From the NCBI GenBank assembly GCA_030704615.1, contig CM060732.1, forward strand, positions 76,136,001 through 76,200,000: DNA of 64,000 nucleotides, in the 5' to 3' direction. Source of the stretch: Takakia lepidozioides (Eukaryota > Plantae > Bryophyta). Shown here piece after piece: positions 23,378 to 37,692 of the stretch. The translations under genes and the position numbers were made by a program. The first letter of the stretch is position 1, and each line of letters opens with the position of its first letter. The notes below the pieces were generated by a model. That model saw only the letters and a list, made by a program, of their open reading frames with translations. It did not search any database and had not been told where the DNA came from.

Positions 23378-23799
23378 TGGGGTGATGATTCAGGCAGCAA
23401 GAAGGTGTGAAGACTGATTATGAATATCAATATCATATCTATTTTATCATCAATTTTATCATTATCAATATCAATATCAACATCATTATCAAGACAAATG
23501 ATTTTTATCAAAAACGTTTGTTTTTATCAAGCTGGATTTTTAACAATGATAATTGTTTTTATCAAGACATGAGTTTTATCAAAAACAACTATTTTCATTA
23601 AAATTTTATATACATCTGAACAGTTATTATTTATTTTATCAAAACGCGAATGTTATCCCCTTTTTAATACATTTACAGGGCTACAATCCCCCTCATCCTG
23701 AAAAACAAAATATAATAATAATAATAATATGTCCACCGTCAATATAATTATTTATTTATAATTCATATTTTCAGATGTGTATAGTTCTAAATTAAAATT

Positions 23800-26700
23800 G
23801 AAAAAGAAATTGCTAATGCCAAGAGACGGGCAAAGTATGCTTTAAATAAAGAGAAATTAAATGATGAGCGACGGAAAAAATGTAAATCTCACCTGACTCT
23901 CGATTTAGACATAAAAAATGCTAAACGAAGGGAAAAATACAAACTGGAACATCCACCACAAACCACAAAAACAGATCAAGACGAGACAAATGCTAAACGC
24001 AGGGAAAAATTCAGAATCGAAAATCCACCACAAACCTCCGAAATAGATCCAGACGAGACAAATGCTAAACGCAGGGAAAAATTCAGAATCGAAAATCCAC
24101 AACAAACCACCGAAATAGATCCAGACGAGACAAATGCTAAACGCAGGAAAAATTCAGAATCGAAAATCCACAACAAACCACCGAAATAGATCCAGACGAG
24201 ACAAATGCTAAACGCAGGCAAAAATTCAGAATCGAAAATCCACCACAAACCACGGAAATAGATCCAGACGAAACAAATGCGAAACGAAGGGAAAAATATG
24301 CATTCCAAAAAAACCAAAGATCCATTGATCAAAAATAAAATATGTGCAGCACAAATTCAGAAATATATTACACACGAAAATGAAGAAAAAGAAAAACTCA
24401 AAAGAAAAAGAGAACAAATGTATTGCACTCTTGCAAAAAAACCAAAGAACGATCATGAGTTCCCACCAGAAATATGCCTGGAGAATAACTTGTTTTGTTC
24501 ACAAATCTATATTGTTGTGTTTGCAGCAGAGACATAGTAACCTCTAACATGTTGAAATGGAGAATCGATGAATTACACAGTGAGATCTTAAAACACATGA
24601 AAAAATGGCTCAGCTTACAAGTAGAAAACCACTTTGAAGAACATATTCTCCTACAAGAGGTTCCCCAAGAATTGATCAATGACACAAAACATCAGCTGGA
24701 CGAATTAAATGGGTTGTTATTGGACAAACGAGGAGTATCAAATAATGCACGTACCATCTTCATTTGTAAAAACTGCAGTTCCACCTTGAAAAAGAACAAG
24801 ATGCCAAAATTTGCACTCGCTAACGGTTTGTGGTTCGGAAAAGTTCACGACATTTTGCCAAAATTAACCATAGTTGAAGAAGCGTTAATAGCAAGATACC
24901 GTTGTCGTGTGATGTTGTTCAAATTACGTTATGTAAATAAGGGCGGAAAGGGGCAACGCGCATTGAGAGGAAATTTGGTGAGTTTTACTCAAAATCCAGG
25001 TCGTGCGGTCGAATTGCTAAACAAATTGCCACCACCCTTAGATTCATTATCCGATATTGTTGCCGTCCACTTCGTCGGCACTTCACATCCACCCATTAAC
25101 ATCGTGAAAACATGTAATTTACTATACGTACGTAGACTTGCAGTGACGACATGGTTAACATGGCTGAAAAATAATCACACGGGTTACAAAGACATTCAAA
25201 TTGATAACGACATATTGGATGGACTACCAGAGAACGATATTCCACCATCAATCTTGAGATCGGTGTTTGAATCCACGGACATTGACTTCGCCAACGCTGA
25301 ACATCGTACCAACATAACGGATTTGCACAACAAAAAAACACCAATAAACAAAGATGACGCTACGATCCAGCCCGTCATAGACACGTCCGGACTCATCGAT
25401 TTTGACGGAATTGACATAAAGCACAACGACCTAATCTCCAACGCTTTAAATGGATTGCAACTACAACAAAATATGTATCTGTCATACACGCATGAAACCA
25501 AAATGGTGAACGAATACGCAAACCCAAAATTGATCGCGTGTATGTTTCCAACGTTATTTCCGTTTGGAATCGGCGTAACCGAAATGAAAAACCGTCCAAT
25601 TAAAGTAACTTTGGAGGCCCACGTTGAGTATTTGATGAGTTTGACCGATATCCATCACGACTTTTCGAAACACCACTTGTTTCCATTCTTCATGTTCAAT
25701 TTGATGCAACGTAGACAAATATGCATGGGCGCAAAATTGACAGTGTCGAGATCGGCATTTCAAAGTGAAGCACAACTCCTTAACAATATCCGTTCAGAAG
25801 ACTTCAACGACATAATAGACGACGTGAAATCAATAAACAACAAACCGGAAATACAAAAGTTATTGCGACACTTGAAAGTATCAAGTAAACACGTGATGGC
25901 ATCTGGAAGCAGTCGCGCAACACAGAGAAACGAAATATTCAGCATGATGCAGCAGTTGGGAACACCAAGTTTATTCTTCACTTTGAATCCAGCATTCGTA
26001 CATCATCCTCTAGTGTCTCTACTAAGTGGGAACGACATCAATCTCGACATTTTTTTCGACGACAACCTCCCGGACCACAATGAAAGACGTGCAATTGCCA
26101 CTACGAATCCGAGATCTCAAGCTAAATTTGTACACATCATCGTGAATGCAATTTTTAAATACCTACTCCGTGTCAGAGAGACTGCCAAAACTACCACAAC
26201 AAATACATGAGTACTTGGAAACATAAACGCATATTACGGTTGTTATGAAACCGCGAAAAATGGTTCACTTCACATACACACATTGCTGTGGCTAGAAAAT
26301 GCCCCAAATCCAAACGACCTCGTACAAAAACTAAAAGACGACGAAGAATTCAAACGAAAAATGCTGGCATATTTGGACAACATCATAGTACGCGACTTGA
26401 TCCAATTCACATCCGAAATACCAATCGACGACGATATACCCACCAATACCACTGACTCCGAGAACGAAGAAAACAATGTAAACACCGAAATCCATCCGTG
26501 CACTACTAGATCTCCCGATGTTCACTCTAAAAAATTTATGCTCACTTTGCGCGCGACGTTTCAAAATTGCTGAATGTATGCAATCGCCACGTCTGCAATC
26601 CTGCGTGTTACAAAACCAACGAAGACGTTTTCAAAAAGAATTGTAGATACGGATTTCCCGCTGTCTTAGTTGAAAAAACGCATTTCGACGACGAAACCGG

Positions 26701-29700
26701 GCTGCTGCATATAAAACGAACCGACAGATGGTTGAACAACGCAAATATATGGATGTTAGTATCAAGAAGATGCAACCACGATTTGAAATTCATCGGTGCT
26801 TCAGGGAAAGACGCAAAGGCTCTAATATACTACATCACGGATTACATCACAAAATCTTCCGTCTACACATCACACATGTATTCGCTTTTGCAAATAGCCG
26901 TAAAAAAGATCAAAACGACTTATGACGATCTATATTCCGAATATTCAGTTGAGAAAAGCCGCAAATTGCTAATTCGATGTTTAAACACGATCGGATCGCA
27001 ACAAGAAATCTCGGCGACAAGGGCAGTCAGTTACCTTATGAAATATCCAGACCATTTGACAGACCACCAGTTGCATATTTGCCATGGTATAGTTTATCAG
27101 CATGGATTCGCGAACAAAAAAAAATCTCAATCGAACAAAGATGGAAACAACGATCTGAACAGCACACCTGACGATAACGACCCCGAAAACACCTTCGAAA
27201 CATTCAAAGTTGAAAGATCCAAACAGAACGACAAGTTGATTATGTATAATTTTCGCATCGACTACCAAAGCAGGCCACACAAGTTCAAGGAAATGTCACC
27301 TTACGAGTTCTGCAGTAAATCGTGCAAAGTGAGAAGCCCGTACTACTACAAATTCATGCATGAACATCCGCAAAGTGACACCCACAGTGTATATGAATCT
27401 CAAGTAACCAAAGTGCCAATAATACAAGGCTACAAAATACCTTCGAAAAAAAATGATGCGGCAACGCACGCTCGCGCTATTTGTATTCTGTTCATGCCAT
27501 GGAGATCTATCCACGACTTAAAGCCAAGATCGCAACAAAGTTGGGAAGACGCTCTCGACGAATTATATCCAATATGTTCGGAATTCAACAAAAAAATCAT
27601 CGCAAATATCGGCATGCTACATGAATGCAAAGAATCACGAGACTCCGACAGACTGTTACTGAAGAACGAAAATCCAAACGATGACGAGAACCCAGAAGAC
27701 ATCAACATCGACCCCTTATACAATGAGATGCCAGACGAAATGCACGGAGACGATGACGATGATATATATGTGGACGAGAATTCGGCGTCGAAACATACAG
27801 AAGACATAGTCACAAATGGCCAGAAGTTACAAATCGAATATCTTATGTGCAATACAAGCGAAAACAATTACGTGGCCGAAATTATCAACAAGCTCGTTAC
27901 AGATGCCAACGGGAAAATATCACCACAACCCCATACCGCACCAAAAATAGGAATGGTCCAAACTGCATCCAAAAAATCAAATAGAACCCAGATCAATAAA
28001 TGGTTGAAAACATTACGCGAATCCAAAAATCCACCGTTGGCATTGACAACGAACTGTACGAGTTCGCAAATCCAAATCAATCATCTAAAAATGATAAACT
28101 TCACCACAAAAATCCAGAATTAAGGGAGATTTCAAAAAACAAACCAATGGACATCCCAGATGACAACAATTACGATGTAGATCCCGATATCGTACACAAT
28201 GCAGATCAACATCAAATAGCTAAATATTTTGTCATGAAAAAATACAAGCTCAACACTTCGCAGGAATCAGCATTTGAACGTTTCATAGACCCACAAAATC
28301 ACCATCTCGATGTAAGGAAACAAACGTTAATGTACGTTGGAGGTGCTGCCGGAACGGGAAAGACCGAAATAATTAAAGCAATGCAAACGTACTTCATAAA
28401 AACCAACAGACCAAAAATCCTGAAAATCGGTGCTTACACAGCCAACGCCGCAACCCTCATAGGGGGATCAACCATCCACACTTTATTGGGACTCAAAAAT
28501 CAGCCAGAGCATCAATGAATCCGACACAAAAAGTTTCATAAACGAATGGTCGGGAACTAACTATTTGATTATAGACGAAGTATCTATGGTCGGATGCAAC
28601 ATGATCGCTGATATTCATCTGAAATTACAAAAATTCAAATCAAACATGTTACCATTCGGAGGACTCAACATAATGTTCATGGGCGATTTCATGCAGTTCC
28701 CACCAGTCACCGACGCGCCTCTCTACTCAACGAACATACAGCCCATATTCACATTCACAAAATACACAAAAAAATAAATTATAGGCAAAAGCCTATGGGA
28801 AAATTACATACGCCCTAACACAATCATATTGACCCAGCAAATGAGACAAGTCCACGATGTACAATATGCAAAATTGCTACAGAATCTACGCGAAGACAAC
28901 TTTACCCAAACGGATTTCAAATTATTACAGACAAGATTCATGTCGAATCTGAAAGTCAACCTGCTCAACGAACCCTGGGATAAAGCAACGTACATCGTAC
29001 CTCGTAACCAGTTAAAGAACGCCATCAATCACCAAATGATAGAATATTACACACGTAAATCTAACCACGCATCCTACACCATAGTGGCGACAGACACCTA
29101 CAAGAAGCACGCACTCCACGACGAGATCCAATTCACAATCCGACAGACCGTACCCGGGAATAGAAGCCACAATCTTCTTCCATTTTGAGATTATACAAAG
29201 GAATGACAGTCATGCTCACCGACAATTTGTATCCTAGATTGGGGCTTGTAAACGGTGCAGTTGGACAAATAGTGGGGATCTCAACAACAGATGACGATTG
29301 GATCGTACGGGAAGATAACTTAATGCACCCGCCACATCACGTATTAATCGACTTCAGCGAATTCATCAGTCAACATCAAACATTGAGCAACGTAAATTTA
29401 GAAAATCTCCCAGAAAACGTAGTGCCGATACGATTAACCCGTTTCAAGAACGTTCGATTATCACCACACGGAGGATGAACAGAAAAAACCAAAGAAATTC
29501 AAAATCAGCAGACACCAATTGCCTTTGATACCCGCCTATTGCCTAACCGACTACAAATGCCAAAGCAAAACTTTCGACAGAATAGTCATCGACTTACAAA
29601 AACCACCAGATGGACACCCGTTGAACATGCACAACATCTACGTCACACTGTCTCGTTTGCGTTCCCTACAAGGGCTAATAATACTTCGAGACATCAAGTT

Positions 29701-30624
29701 TGAAGACATCCAAGTAGCCAAATTCAAGACAGGCTCACTGCAGTTCATGACTCCACAAACCGATTGTAATGTCCAAGAACAAAAATCATACAAGACCACG
29801 GAACACATCAACACAGTGAATACCAACCCTGCCATCAAAACGCCACATCCACATCCACATCCAATCCAACCGAGACATGTGTCCAAAAAAATACAAGTGA
29901 CAAACGATTCTGAAGCCAAACATCCCACACCAATAGAACCAAATAAAACCAAACTTGCTCAGAATTATCTCCCACACCGGTCGAAATCATAGAAATCGAC
30001 TCCGAAGACAAACAATCCAACATAGAACACGCACATATACATCAATAAATATATTGGCACGAAGATCTTATATTGACGATGCACGACGAACAAAATCCTG
30101 TTGGATGATAACGGATGGTTTGTGTGACCAGCATTTGGCGGCTGGGATGCAAATACTATTTGATCAGGAACTGGAAACACAAAACTACCAGCAACATGCG
30201 TATTCGACTCTATTGGGCAGAACGAAATACACCAAGAAATGTCTGCAGCACGTGTTCGTGGAACAACAACCATTGGATTTTAACCATGATAAACCCGAAC
30301 GGAACGAATCATCAATGTACGGTGTTTGATTCCAGCATGCCCGCGGATAAGAAGCTACCGAGCGAAATAGAACAACATCTACAAAAAATAATCCCAGTCC
30401 CACAATTCAATTATTTCTATGCAGATGTCATGCAACAAAGTGACAGTTCATCATGTGGCGTATTTACGATAGCTTATGCCACGGATATAGCATTCGGATT
30501 AGATCCCGCAGATTCACGATACGCAACATCCGCCATGAGAACCCACTTGAGAGATTGCATAAACAATCGAAGAATCGATCCATTTCCAAAACAACATTCA
30601 CAATACGAAGACCCGATTTGGTGA
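23800..30624 (+). pseudogene. RepHel protein: DUF6570-like domain, HUH Rep, Pif1 helicase and C-terminal Ulp1/C48-like peptidase
   Basis: CKNC...MPKFALANGLWFG...EEALIAR...ALRGN. Rep motifs LFFTLNP, YETAKNGSLHIHTLLW (~26245-26290) and YITDYITK. Helicase motifs GGAAGTGKT, IIDEVSMV, GDFMQFPPV, QQMRQ, GLVNG, TDYKCQ and YVTLSR. Peptidase NHWIL...VFDS...QQSDSSSCGVF. Several stops and frameshifts. Confidence 0.9.
23916..24300 (+). repeat. 72-bp coding tandem repeat (24 aa NAKRREKFRIENPPQTxEIDPDET) in the RepHel N-terminus
   Basis: AAATGCTAAACG recurs at ~23916, 23988, 24060, 24132, 24203 and 24275; one unit is 71 bp. Confidence 0.9.
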
Positions 30625-30899
30625 CATTTGTTCTTATCTTTCCACCTCAGTGAATTTCTCGATTTTTTGGGTGCATTTCTTTTTTTGGGCTGGGGTATTC
30701 AATGTAAACGTTAATAGCACTTCAAATATCACTTCAATTTAGTGATAAACACGTCTCAATTCACTAAAACTTCATAATAATATTGATTTAGATTTGTCTC
30801 TCGTCTATATTTAATAATTAAAAATATATATTATTAAATACTATTACCCATCTTCCCTCGCCCTCATTTTAAAGGTGACCCTAAACAAAGTACACAATT

Positions 30900-31273
30900 A
30901 AAATTTGGAGCATTTTTGAAAAATGTGCCTAAAACTTGGAAAATTTTCCTGAATAGTGCCTAAAGTCCAAAAATTTGACAAATACCAAAATTTTCAAAAT
31001 ATGTGGAAACAATGCATAAATTATATTATTTAAAATCCAAAAAAATGAAAACAAAACATACCATTTTACATGTCCACACAACATCCAAAGGGCCTTATAT
31101 TTGGAAATAACCTAGGCGATGTGCCTAAATAATAAAAAATGGATTTGCCTAAAAATATATTTGAAATAACCTAGGCGATGTGCCTAAATAATAAAAATGG
31201 ATTTGCCTAAAAATATTCCATTTTTATTAATTATTATTGGTGGAAGTGCCTAATAAGCTAGGTAAGTACGGTA
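30900..31273. mobile_element. AT-rich relic with TGCCTAA repeats ending in ...GTAAGTACGG|TA; possible orphan pogo/Tc2-type TIR end
   Basis: The reverse complement reads TA|CCGTACTTACCTAGCTTATTAGGCAC. There are multiple TGCCTAA motifs and a ~58-bp duplication at 31100-31216. No partner TIR was seen. Confidence 0.3.
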
Positions 31274-31696
31274 GTTTATGGCTGTGTGAGGGATGTGATC
31301 ATATCTAGGGATTTAATTTTAGTTGAAACAAAAAAGAGGTAATATCGGAGTTCCCGTTAGAGTTCTTATACCAGTCATCTGCCATGAGAACAATAACTAT
31401 AACTTCTCTAACTCCTTGAACTGTATAAAAACTTCTTGAACTCCTTAAACTGTCTAAAAACTTCTTGAACTGCTTTAAACCGTCACTCCTTGATGTCATT
31501 CCTTGAACGAAGAGAGAAAAACAGTTGATTTATGTAGGCACGCTCGCGTGGGAGTAGTGAATGTGCAGAAGGAGAGAGAGAGTAGTGAACACACAGGGAA
31601 AGAGAGAGAGAAGTAAACAGGTGGGAAAGGACTAGTCAACGCAGAGAGAGAGAGAGAGAATAAACGCGTGGGAGAGAAAGATTGATTTGAGAGAGA

Positions 31697-32125
31697 GGGT
31701 AGTCCGTGAGGTTGACCTCACAAAGGCAATGTGATCCCATTTCCCTTTGTTCCAACGCAAACAGGTGCAGGTCTATGGTCCCCAAGGCTATCATAAACTA
31801 ATGTTTTGATGAGTTCTCTCTCTCATATGTTTTGTTTGCATCCTTGTACGATAAATGCTACTGAGTACATTTGTCAGAACATCTGTTGTGAACAAGGGGC
31901 AGTGTTTTGATGGGTAGTCCGTGAGGTTGACCTCACAAAGGCAATGTGATCCCATTTCCCTTTGTTCCAACGCAAACAGGTGCAGGTCTATGGTCCCCAA
32001 GGCTATCATAACTAATGTTTTGATGAGTTCTCTCTCTCATATGTTTTGTTTGCATCCTTGTACGATAAATGCTACTGAGTACATTTGTCAGAACATCTGT
32101 TGTGAACAAGGGGCAGTGTTTTGAT
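31697..32125. repeat. Near-perfect 215-bp tandem duplication
   Basis: GGGTAGTCCGTGAGGTTGACC...CAGTGTTTTGAT starts at 31697 and 31912; the copies differ by one A. Confidence 0.95.
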
Positions 32126-35100
32126 GCTTGTAAGTGTTGCAATGCCTGCAATAAACTGACTTGGAAACGAGTTTGGCTAGTCTAGGCCTGAAGGGTCACA
32201 AGGAGGATATGTATTGACTCCTCCCAATTGCAGTCTATTTGATAGTCTGTTTCCTCTCGTTTGTTTGAAGGAAGACGTCAGGAGTTCAATAAGCAGCAAA
32301 ATAGTTGCAGCTAGCATTCTTGATCATGCCAAACTTTAGGTGGATGTGAGATGAGCTGTTTGAAAGGTTAATGCATTCTCTTCCTACTCAGTAACTAAGG
32401 AGTGCTGTCTTTGGATCTCAATCTTAGATTCATTCCATTTCCCTATTACCATGACATTGATATGAGAATAAGCCTGGTGATGGTTCCCGAGTGTCACTTT
32501 GTCACAGCGAAGAAAGAGTCTGGCAGATATCCATCTTCTGTAGTGAATACCATTTCAGTCTGGAGGGTATGGTTTTTGTGTTTCTGCAGGAAAGCTTCCC
32601 TGTTGTGTTTGCTCAATCCCTCCTGTCCACAAGTTGGTGACTCTCAACCAAATTTTTTACAATCAGATTTTTTTTCTTCCAGTATTCAGCAACCCTGACC
32701 ATGTTCAAAAGACTCTTTGATGTCCCTAATGCAGTCCATGGGAAAGGTGGCATATCCCGGTGAGTGCGGCTGCGGAGAGTGTGAAGAGTGGGCTAATGGT
32801 GGATCTTCCAGGGGTCTCTAGAAATCCAGCATGCTGCCAGCCCGCACATCTGACCGTCGGGTCTTTGTGTCTTACGTCTGAGGTTGCTTTCATTTTTCTT
32901 TATTCATTTCGCTACGTGTTCACAGCGTTTTGGCAGTGAGCCTCCATGCTATGGTTTTGTCTCGAGGAGACACCAAGATTTTAGACTGTGTCCTGGCTAC
33001 ATTAGTGGCTCATGCAATATCCAGGGTTCGATGCATCCAATCCAGGTTTTCTGGAACACAGCAGATGGGTGTACTGTTCTTCCCTTGGCTAACTGCTTGC
33101 GGAAAAAGTTAATAACATACATAAAGCATTCTTAAATTTCTCATCGCAGATACTGGGAGGACTTAGCCCTGGTGTGGATTCTCCAGATGCATAACTTGTG
33201 TGAAGTTGCCACATTTGCAGGCTTTCGAAATAGAAATTTCAGAGTCATATTCCTCTATCACATTAAAAGTGCTCCTTTGGTCAGCCATCAAAAGCTGGGG
33301 CTGCGGATCTTAGTGAGCATTATGAGGGTTGGCAACCAAATGTACCAGCCCAGGCAGTTTGTGGAAGCTTGTGTACCTGATAACAAAGATCTGTCTATTA
33401 GCCATTTGGAAACATAATGACTTGAAAAACTCGGAGCAGAAATTTCATGCCTACATTATTCTTTGAAAGAAACTGGGAAATGCTCGAGCAAACTTCTGTA
33501 TTTTGAGGCATTATGTACTGTTGCTCACAGAAAAAATATATTTGTCATTGGCTACCATGAGCTGGAGGGCACAAAAGTTCCACTGAAGAAGCCACTAGAG
33601 CGATTCTCAAAAGCTGAAGCCCTCCCATGTCATGGACTTTGATTCACCGGTCAATGCAGCTCCTGTTATGTGGGAATGCAAGTTGTGGCATTATTCGGCA
33701 CACGCTCTCTTCAAGACCAGACCCAAGGCTCTTATTCTAGTGAGCTCACTCACCTGTCTCCAGTCTGTGCTCTATCTGTTTTGGGTAGCCGGCGAAAGTG
33801 ATGACACAACCCCACACAAGTTAACTCATCATGAGGCACTGTCAAAGAGGGAAATCATCAAGTAGAAGGTGCCTCTTAGCTACCTTGATTTTGGCCTCTC
33901 TGGATTCTCTCCCCCTCTCTCTCTTCAAACACATCTTTTTCCATCTTGTGGCTGGCAGTCACAACAACACCATCAGAGTCTTCATTATGAGTCCTCAGCA
34001 CTGACCGGGTTTCCTGTTCTAGATGTGGAGTTAATAGGCTTAAGCAGTCCACATTATTTTGGGTTTTATTCCTATCTTGATATGCTATAACCACACATAT
34101 CACTTTAGGTTCTGACAGCACTGGATGAACACTTAGCTCCATTGTAGCTGTGACTTGCTTGTCAAAAGGACGATGTCATGTGAGATAAGAACCAAATTGG
34201 TGCTTCCACTTCCACTTTGAAAGCACTTCTTGGCTACAATGATGAGCCTTAGCTTAAAAAATTGTAGTGGGACATTTGCATCAGCAGGTCTCAGCGATAT
34301 CCAACAACAAAGACTGGTCTGAGTGTGGGTTTAGAGATCTTGATTGTTCACCAAAAGCTTTGTACCAAGTTTAGGGTGCATTGGTGGGTGACTATGGATG
34401 CGGAGACAGATGTGAAACCCCAACAAGACCTGTTCTCTGCCAGGGCATCTACTGCTTGATTTGTTATCAATCGGCCCCTCAACCCACTTTGCAAACCTCT
34501 TGTCTCTTTAAACGCGATTTGTCCCTCTTCCTACGTCCTCTCAGAAGCTTCAAAGAGAACCTGAGAACATGAGAACCTTGGAGCTTTCTGAAGCTACCTT
34601 CCTGCTTCCCAGTTCATAGAAAGAAAATTACTGCAAATTTGTTTCTAATCCTTGGCAGGTCAGTTTTTCTAGTTACTTGGTGTGCTTTTATTTGGGAGTT
34701 TGGTCGACCCTGCTTTGGAAGAACATAGCGTTTGGCCACAGGAGACAAAAAATTCTCTCCCTCCAGATCTGCGGCATGAAGTCCATGAAGGTCCTCAACT
34801 TCCACATTAAGAGGAAGTAGAAGCTTTCAACTGAACAAGGCCCATAGCAGATTTCCCCTCATGTATGTGGAACAATTTGCTTCAAAATGCTGGATTTGAT
34901 GGAACTTGGTGAGTTACAAAACTTAGTCAAGACTTGAGGCTACTCGATACTTCCGATTAGCTAGGTGGCGGATTTTGTGTCGAAGACAGTTTTAAGATAA
35001 CGGGTACCATCACATTTAAGTTCAGCGAACCTGAAGCAAGCTTCTTCTTTTTTGGTGGGGGGATGCATTTAACTGTAAGTTGGAACACTAACTAACTGTT

Positions 35101-37322
35101 GCAGACACTAACTGAAAGTGCAAGTGGGCAGGGCCCTAAGCACTACTCCTCTCTAAGTTGTTCAATTCAACCTGCTGATCTAACTAACTACTTTCCGTGG
35201 TTCTCTTGCTCACAGTGTCGCTTGCCCTAATGCCACTGGACAGTAAGTCTCAAACCCTGCACTAGAAGTCTTGAATATATAATTGTTTAAAGTGACGTGA
35301 CATGTGCAATTAAGATGGTCATTTCCCAAGGGCAGTTGCAAAACAAGCCAGTTGTGAGATCCAGTCTTTGGTAGCCAAAGAATTACCACCGACTTACACA
35401 CAATACACAAGCAAGGAATATAGCCATAAGGTTTAACAGTGACATCTTGTTGCAAGTGCAGGTGGAGCAGAAAAAAATATAACATATTGTTGCATCGCAC
35501 TTTGCACCTAACTTCCCAATAAAGCGGTGTAGCATCAACCTCGGTCTGAGAGAGACAACCACAGTTCTATAGATTAACGTGATTAATTTTTCAGTCGCAC
35601 TCTTAGGGTTTAATTCTCCTCAAAAATCCACCGATATATACTTTCATCTACCCCCGCCTCTCTCTACACCATACATACAAACAACCATGTCAACATCAGA
35701 AATAGCTGACACAATAGACACTGTAACATAGAATACTTGTCGTTAAACCGGTGAGGAGCGGAAAACACAGATGTATAAATAGCTGTCACACAGCCCAACC
35801 AAGGTCACACAGCCTATCTCACAGCCCAACACAGGGTCACACAGCCTATCACACACAGCCCAGCAACAGTGTCACACAGTCGCGCACGCCCAGCCTAGCA
35901 CAGGGCGGCACAGTCCTGTCACAGCCTCACACAGCCAATCAGAATTACAGAGTCCATAGGATTAGTGACAGGTGGACGAAAGAAAACATCAGGGAAATGG
36001 CCGGCGGAAGAAAGGGTGGAAGTCAGTTTAAAAGTGGACGCGTGGAAGTCAGGCCGTGACGCACAGCTGAGAAGGAGCTGCAAGAACAAGTGTCATCAAG
36101 AAAAAGGACAGGAGTGGCCGTCAAAGTACCAACCTACTACGTCAAAGAGGATGAATGGCGGACCCATTAATGCATACGCAAAAAAGGGTAACGGAACATA
36201 CGGCGAGTACCAAAAAACGAACTTCTTGTCGCGTGTGTTATCCTAGTGGCTAGGCCAGCAAGGAAAATCCACTAAAGAAAATTAATTCTAAAATCCAGTC
36301 ACAGCGGTTACAACCAATCATGAAGCAGGAGCAACTTCAAGAAAGTGAAAAGGTTCTGAGCGCAAGAGTCGGCGTCGTTCCAAGTAACGGGCGTCTCTCG
36401 ACGAGACAGACAATCAATGTGATAGTTTTGAAGCTATGAGGGAACTAGCAGATTATACGCTCGCGATACTACTCACGCAGTGGCGAGGAAACAGAACAAC
36501 AGAGAGTAACTTTTCTATTGATCAATGCTTGCAAGCCCCGCAGGTTTTACAGGACACTACCCATAGCATTTTTGTGGCAATCATACGTTTGTGCTTTGTG
36601 CTCTACAGGCATTACTTCAATTGTTATAGCCACAGCCTTGCGTTTTCTCTAAAATGAAGAGAGTAAGAGGGATGGAGGACATCAAGGTGAAAAGCACCAC
36701 AATCCTGCAGAAACAGACGATTGCGACGCCATACGCGGTGAAGTTACTGAAGGAACTGCGATTACAAGGATTGCAAAACAAGGATTGGACATTGCACCAT
36801 CGGAAGTACATGTTAGAATTCTTGCAGAACTTTGACCCAAAGACATGAGCCACAATGGTGAAGGGAGTTGAATTAGAACTTACTCCCTTATACCTACAGC
36901 AACTGTTTTCATTGCCAGCAGGTCAGGTTCATGTGGACGAGCACAGGGCTAGATTGCAGATGAAAGATTTGTTTGAAGAAGAGAGTTTATTTAAAACTCA
37001 GGCTATGCTTTTACCAAAGTAGTGTACCCAGGGCTCAGGGAAGTAGGCCAGATATTGAACGTTCTGTTTGCCATGAAACAGAACCACAGCAGTATTTGAG
37101 CAGATCCTTCACAGAGGAAATACTCAAAGGCCTGAGAGGAGAAGAGGTAGCATGGGAGAACATAATGTACAACGGACTGGTAGAGGAGATGAAAAGATTG
37201 CAGGGAACTGCCGCTAAATCTCCTATCATAGTATCTGGGCCAGTCATTGCACAAATCATCCTAGACTCATGCGTACTTGATGCGAGAGAAAGGAGAGAAA
37301 TGGGAGTGTTTGAAATAACAAC

Positions 37323-37692
37323 TAGTTTGCTCAGAGAGAGAGTGAGCCTCCCCTCTCTTCATCATAGTTAATGCTTCAACTTTCCTGATATCCATTCCTT
37401 CCGTCCCCTAAGCTAGACCCTCCCTCTCTAAGTTCTTTTCTTTCCCCCCTCTAGTCGGGAATGGATTTGGGTGTATGCATGGAACCCTCTGGGGGCCTAG
37501 TGCTGTGTAGTTTGCTCAGAGAGAGAGTGAGCCTCCCCTCTCTTCATCATAGTTAATGCTTCAACTTTCCTGATATCCATTCCTTCCGTCCCCTAAGCTA
37601 GACCCTCCCTCTCTAAGTTCTTTTCTTTCCCCCCTCTAGTCGGGAATGGATTTGGGTGTATGCATGGAACCCTCTGGGGGCCTAGTGCTGTG
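37323..37692. repeat. Perfect 185-bp tandem duplication interrupting the gypsy accessory ORF
   Basis: TAGTTTGCTCAGAGAGAGAGTGAGCC...GGCCTAGTGCTGTG starts at 37323 and 37508. Confidence 0.95.

Larger units (their letters stand above)
23430..30830 (+). mobile_element. Helitron-like rolling-circle transposon (termini not resolved)
   Basis: An A-rich block, compositionally distinct from its flanks, containing a complete though disrupted RepHel reading frame. No canonical hairpin+CTRR end was identified, so boundaries are approximate. Confidence 0.75.

Noticed and set aside
23905-24456. Hydrophobic repetitive minus-strand ORFs resembling membrane proteins
   Set aside because: Antisense of the 72-bp RepHel coding repeat.
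31250-31265. CTAG as canonical Helitron 3' end
   Set aside because: No GC-rich hairpin upstream, and it is not followed by T.
32150-35500. Short ORFs in mixed sequence, possible old LINE or hAT debris
   Set aside because: No convincing conserved motifs; left unannotated.
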